Both the position numbers and the translations under genes were made by a program. Of a stretch of DNA of 22,382 nt, positions 17,713 to 22,382 are shown in pieces. Numbering within the stretch: the first letter of the stretch is position 1; each line of letters begins with the position of its first letter. Origin of the DNA: Octopus sinensis (taxonomy: Eukaryota); the NCBI RefSeq assembly GCF_006345805.1, contig NW_021823589.1, positions 1-22,382 on the forward strand, written 5' to 3'. Under the pieces are notes generated by a model, which worked only from the letters and a program-made list of their open reading frames with translations, was not told where the DNA came from and ran no database searches.

Positions 17713-20495
17713 TCACTTGTCCTGCCGGGTCTTCTCGCGCACAGCACACTTCCAGAGGTCTCGGTCTCTAGTCATTTCCTCAGTGAGACCTAAAGTTCGA
17801 AGGTCGTGCTTCAACACCTCGTCCCAGGTTTTCCTGGGTCTGCCTCTTCCGTAAGTTCCCTCAACCGCTAGGGTGTGGCACTTTTTCACACAACTATCTT
17901 CATCCATTCTCGCCACATGACCATACCAGCGCAAACGTCTCTCTTGCACACCACAACTGATGCTTCTTAGGTACTTACACTCTGCCGAGTATGAGTACTG
18001 ACATTACACATCCATCGGAGCATACTGGCTTCATTTCTTGCGAGCTTATGCATATCCTCAGCAGTCACGGCCCATCTTTCACTGCCATGTAGCATGGCTG
18101 TTCGTACACACGCATCATACAGTCTGCCTTTCACTCTGTGCGAGAGGCCTTTTGTCACCAGCAGAGGTGAACTTTGCCCAAGCTATTCTTACTTTAGCAG
18201 TTACACTTTCAGCACACCCGCCCCCGCTGCTGACTTGGTCACCTAGGTAACGGAAACTATCAACTATTTCTAGTTTTTCTCCCTGGAAAGTGACGGAAGT
18301 TGGTCTCAGAGCATTTTCAGTGTTTATTGTTCCTGAGCATCTGCCACGTACAAAAACCATCTTCCTAGTTAGCCTTCCTTTGACATTGCTGCACCTCTTA
18401 TGTGTCCATAGCTTACACTTGGTGCATCTTATAGAGTTTCTACTTACACCTTTTCTACAGATCGAGCAGGGCCATCTACCTGAAGGCGTTTGTGATTTGT
18501 CTACCTTCCTACTGATTACGACTTTGGTTTTAGCTAGATTGACTCTGAGGCCCTTCGATTCTATTCCTTGTTTCCACACCTGAAACTTCTCCTCCAGTTC
18601 TGATAGTGACTCAGCAATTAGAGCAAGGTCATCAGCATAGAGGAGCTCCCAAGGGCATCCTGTCTTGAATTCCTCCGTTATTGCCTGGAGGACTATGATA
18701 AATAGGAGGGGGCTGAGGACTGAGCCTTGGTGGACCCCTACCTCTACCCGGAATTCTTCACTGTACTCGTTGCCAACCCTCACCTTACTAGCAGCGTCCC
18801 TATACATGGCCCGCACAGCTCTCACTAACCATTCATCTATCCCTAGTTTCCTCATTGACCACCAGATAAGGGATCGGGGGACCCTGTCGAAAGCTTTCTC
18901 CATGTCAACAAAAGCCAGGTACAGGGGCTTATCTTTGGCTAGGTATTTCTCCTGCAGCTGCCTTACCAGGAATATAGCATCAGTAGTACTTTTCCCTGGC
19001 ACAAACCCAAACTGCATCTCATCTAAACTAACTCTCTCTCTAATTAGTTGGGCTATGACCCTCTCCGTAACCTTCATCACCTGATCCAACAGCTTGATAC
19101 CTCTGTAGTTATTTGTATCTAGGGCGTCACCTTTACCTTTGTAGCAGTGACTATTATGCTGCTACACCAGTCATTGGGTATGACTCCTTTGTGTATCACC
19201 TGATTAACTATACGGGTGACTAGGCTATAGCCGACACTACCAGACATTTTGAGCATCTCTGCAGTGATTCCTGATGGGCCTGGGGCTTTCCCTGTCTTCA
19301 TGCTTCTAATTGCCTTAGCTACCACGGAACTATCAACTCGGATAGCTGGTCCCTCTGTTGGGTCAACATTCGGCAGACTCTCTTTATCCCATTCATTTTC
19401 TTTATTCAGCAACCTTTCATAGTGGCATCTCCAAACCTCTCTCTTTGCATCCTCATTTAGTGCAAGTGAACCATCTTCCATGCGAACACACTTCTCTCCT
19501 ACCACATCACGATTCTATCTCACACACTGTCTTGCAACGCGAAATACCTCCAGTCTTTGGTCCTCACGGCGCAGAACATTTGCAAATTTTTTCTTATCTG
19601 CTACCCCTCTGGCTAAATAAACCTGTCTCCTAGCTTCTCTTTTGGCAGTCTGATACAATTCCCTGCTACCCCCATTTTTCCAGACCTTCCAAGCCTGTCT
19701 CTTTTCTCTAATAGCCCTGTCTACAATATTGTTCCACCACCACGTTATTCTAGGTCGAGAGGGGACTTTGCACCAGCCACAGATCTGGTCAGTGGCTCTC
19801 AGCAGGTTGCCCCTTAGAAACGTCCAGTTGTCTTCTACCCCCTGTGATGCTCTATCCCGTTCTACTTCGTCAAAGGCTTCAAGTAATATGTCCCTAAATC
19901 TCTGTCCATTTGCAGTATCTTTAAGCTTCCAGATCCTTCTTCTCCATATTGGTCGTCTTCTGGTTGTCCTCCTAGTCCTGATCCTAAAGTCACTAACTAC
20001 CAGTCTATGTTGTGGGGTACGTTCTTCACCTGGGAAGGTTTTGGCATTTATAAGCAGCCATCTCTCCCTTTGCCTTGCAAGGATGTAGTCAATTTGGCTA
20101 GTATGTTGGCCCGATCGGTAAGTGACTAGGTGGCTGGTAGGTTTCCTGAAGTTAGGGTTGCAAATCATAAGATTATTTGCATCACAGAACTCCAGCAGCC
20201 TAGTTCCCTCCTCGTCGCGGGAGCCATAGCCATAGCCTCCATGTATGCCATGGAAGCCCCCAGCATGTCGTCCAATGTGACCATTGAATTCACCAGCCAC
20301 AAAGATAAGGTCTCTGTCGTTCGTCAACGAGGTAGTCTGCAGTAGAGTGTCATAGAATCGGTCTTTCTGTCCATCGGGTAGCCCCGACTGAGGAGCATAG
20401 GCTGATATAATGGTTGCTAAACTATGATGAAGCACTAATCTAATCTTAAGTATTCTGTCACGTACTCTGATTACCTCAATTACTTTATCTACCCA
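17713..20495 (-). pseudogene. RTE APE-RT polyprotein pseudogene
   Basis: APE: IISAYAPQSG, FVAGEFNGHIG, SQIDYIL, PQHRLVV. RT: KAPGPSGITAEMLK, QFGFVPGKSTTDAIF, FVDMEKAFDRV, GVHQGSVLSPLLF, LLYADDL. Also a PHD-like finger and RRLRWYGHVARM..GRGRPRKTW. Lesions: stop at 19515, frameshifts or deletions at about 19148, 18172 and 17972. Confidence 0.95.
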
Positions 20496-20653
20496 TATAT
20501 ACATACATATATACATATATACATACGTATATATAAACATACATATGTGTATATATATATATGTACATAAATACATATATATATATATACATACATATGT
20601 GTATATATATATATATATACATAAATACATATATATATATATATACATACATA
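20496..20653. repeat. Compound (AT)/(ATAC)/(ATGT) microsatellite between the two LINEs
   Basis: Directly visible. Confidence 0.95.
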
Positions 20654-22382
20654 TGATTGATTGATTGATTGATTCTAGTTTCAGCTTATGAGCTGTGGCC
20701 ATGCTGGGGCACCGCCATTTGGTGTTGCTACTTGTTTCACTTCATGGAGGCTTTCTAGCAACTGCTATTGGTGCATGAGAGAGTTCGATGCAGCTGCCAT
20801 CATCTGCCCCTCCTGCCGTGAAGTTGGTTCATCTGGGACACCTGACAGAAGAGATCCAGCTTCATTTAAAGACATCTGTATCCACCCCATGCAGGTCTCT
20901 CAGGTTCTTCGGGAGGATATTGAAGAGCTGTGGGCCTCGGAAAGCCCAGGCTATCACAGAATCTTGTCCTACATCTTGATGGCAGGTTTGGAGTCCTAGG
21001 CACCATGCAGTGGCACCCAGTTCTGGCATTTGCGTAACTCTCGATGCCAAAGTTCAGGACACTTCCCTCCAGGATCTTCCAGATGTATATTATGGCATAT
21101 CTTTCCCGCCTACGCTCCAGGGAATATAATTTTAATCTCTTGAGTCTTTCCCAGTAGCTTACATTCTGCATAGAGGCTATCTTCTTCGTGTAGCTTCGTT
21201 GGATCGCCTCAAGTTCTGTGATGGTGACCATACCTGAGAGCAATAGTCAAAGTGGCTTAGGACAAGTGTCTTCCAGAGGACCATCATGGTTTCTTGTTCT
21301 CTTGTTGTAAAGGTTCTAAGAATCCATCCAGCCCAGCCGTCTACATTTCATTGTCAGTTTAGCAACATGTACATGAAAGGTCGCGTCATCACTCATGTGA
21401 ATACCCAGGTCACGCACTGATTGTGCCTCTGGGATTGCAATCCCTACGAGTCCAGTGTATTCATTGGGTATTGCATTCAGTTTTGCATGCTGATAGTATA
21501 AAGCTTGAACTTTCCAGCATTGAACTGCATGCTATTCTTTTCAGCCCACTTGTATGTTTCGTCCAGCTCACATTGGCAGGTGTTTAGTGTCCCCAGGGTT
21601 CGTATTGCCTGTGAAACTTTTGTATCATCTGCCATAACTTGTGATCGTGGCTCTCTGCGTGGATGAGGGCATGTCTGAGAGGGCCATTATGAACAGTAGT
21701 GGTCCCAGAACAGTGCCCGCGGAACACCGCTCACTATTTGTGTGTTAATGGAGGTGGCCCCATTGGCTACTACCACCTGACTTCTATCTTTTCAGAAGTC
21801 ATGAAGCCATTCTCCAGTTTTCCAACTATGTTGAGATCACGCAGTTTGTGACATATCATTCCATGATCGACTTTATCAAAGGCCTTTGCAAAGTCAAGAT
21901 ATATCACTTCCACATTTGAGTGGTTGAGCAGCGTTTCAGCACCGTCAGTCATAGTGTTGTAGGAGCTGAGATTTAAACAGCTTCTCCCTGGTCGGAAACC
22001 ATGTTGGGTGTCGGGCAGCAAGTCATTCTCTTCAAGGAAGGTGATCAGCTTCCTTCTGACTATTCGTTCCATGACCTTGCTGGTGTGAGGTCAGAGAGAT
22101 AGGTCTGCTACCTCCTTTATGAAGGGGGCATATTTTACCTTCCTTCAGTTTTCCTGGAAGTTGCCACCTGCAAGGAAGCTCTGAAAGAGGAACTGCAGTG
22201 GTCTTGCTAGGACTCTCTTCATGCTTTTAGGAGGATTGCCGGGAATCCATTGGGGCCAGCAGCTGAGTCTGTTTTCATTTCATCTATAGCCTGGTTACAT
22301 CGTCTCCTTTATATCGATGTAATCTATCGTCGCCGCCTCTGATTTTTATACCTGCAGTGGTAAAAAAGTCAGTTGGATTGGT
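20654..22382 (-). mobile_element. CR1/L2-group (Jockey-group) LINE, 3' part with (AATC)n tail; continues beyond the window
   Basis: (GATT)5 on + at 20655-20674, about 90-bp 3' UTR, RT motifs upstream. Confidence 0.92.
20765..22382 (-). pseudogene. CR1/L2-group ORF2 RT pseudogene (RT and C-terminal region)
   Basis: AAGPNGFPAILLK, QHGFRPGRSC, VIYLDFAKAFDKVDH, GVP(Q)GTVLGPLLF with a 1-nt deletion, YADDTK with a 1-nt insertion (21624-21636), LEAIQRSYTK..YWERLKRLKLYSLERRRER, GPQLFNILP, ending NSLMHQ*. Confidence 0.92.

Larger units (their letters stand above)
17184..20495 (-). mobile_element. RTE-clade LINE, about 3.3 kb, intact 3' end with (GAT)n tail, 5'-truncated within the endonuclease
   Basis: Single APE+RT reading frame, about 530-bp 3' UTR, (CAT)n on + at 17184-17195. 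Homology stops at the microsatellite at 20496. Confidence 0.96.

Noticed and set aside
18290-20345. Plus-strand ORFs over the RTE (for example 18665-19084 and 19729-20088), and 4984-5244 on the minus strand
   Set aside because: These are antisense shadows of the RT/APE coding frame.
20440-20500. HDV-like ribozyme expected at RTE 5' ends
   Set aside because: The element is truncated inside the endonuclease, so the 5' UTR is absent.
19515-20702. 395-aa ORF as a novel fusion protein
   Set aside because: The ATG comes from the CR1/L2 3' UTR and the frame stays open by chance through a microsatellite into a 5'-truncated RTE endonuclease that has GDFN changed to GEFN and ends in a premature stop.

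Overview
Eukaryotic, AT-rich, repeat-saturated window with no prokaryotic features. The repeat families suggest an Octopus genome (inference from family recognition, not a search). It reads as intronic DNA of a minus-strand host gene. The only host coding sequence I found is one 103-nt exon (2732-2834, missed by the ORF track) with canonical splice sites and a YxYNPC motif typical of mannose-6-phosphate-receptor-homology (MRH) domains. The rest is mostly transposable-element debris: a large 5'-truncated RTE LINE (17184-20495, -), a second RTE fragment (4831-5934, +), several (GAT)n-tailed RTE-type 3' ends, a CR1/L2-group LINE running off the right edge (20654-22382, -), a TIR-intact mariner (10406-11628), a deleted maT-like element, two non-autonomous Helitrons, many copies of a tRNA-headed SINE, and long microsatellites that produce most of the spurious ORFs. 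I found no clearly new biological system. The best leads are the hidden exon, a SINE/LINE shared 3' tail with a compensatory stem-loop, repeated nesting into the SINE's internal microsatellite, a tandem array inside a Helitron, a hairpin array in the RTE 3' UTR, and an 80-bp-arm fold-back.
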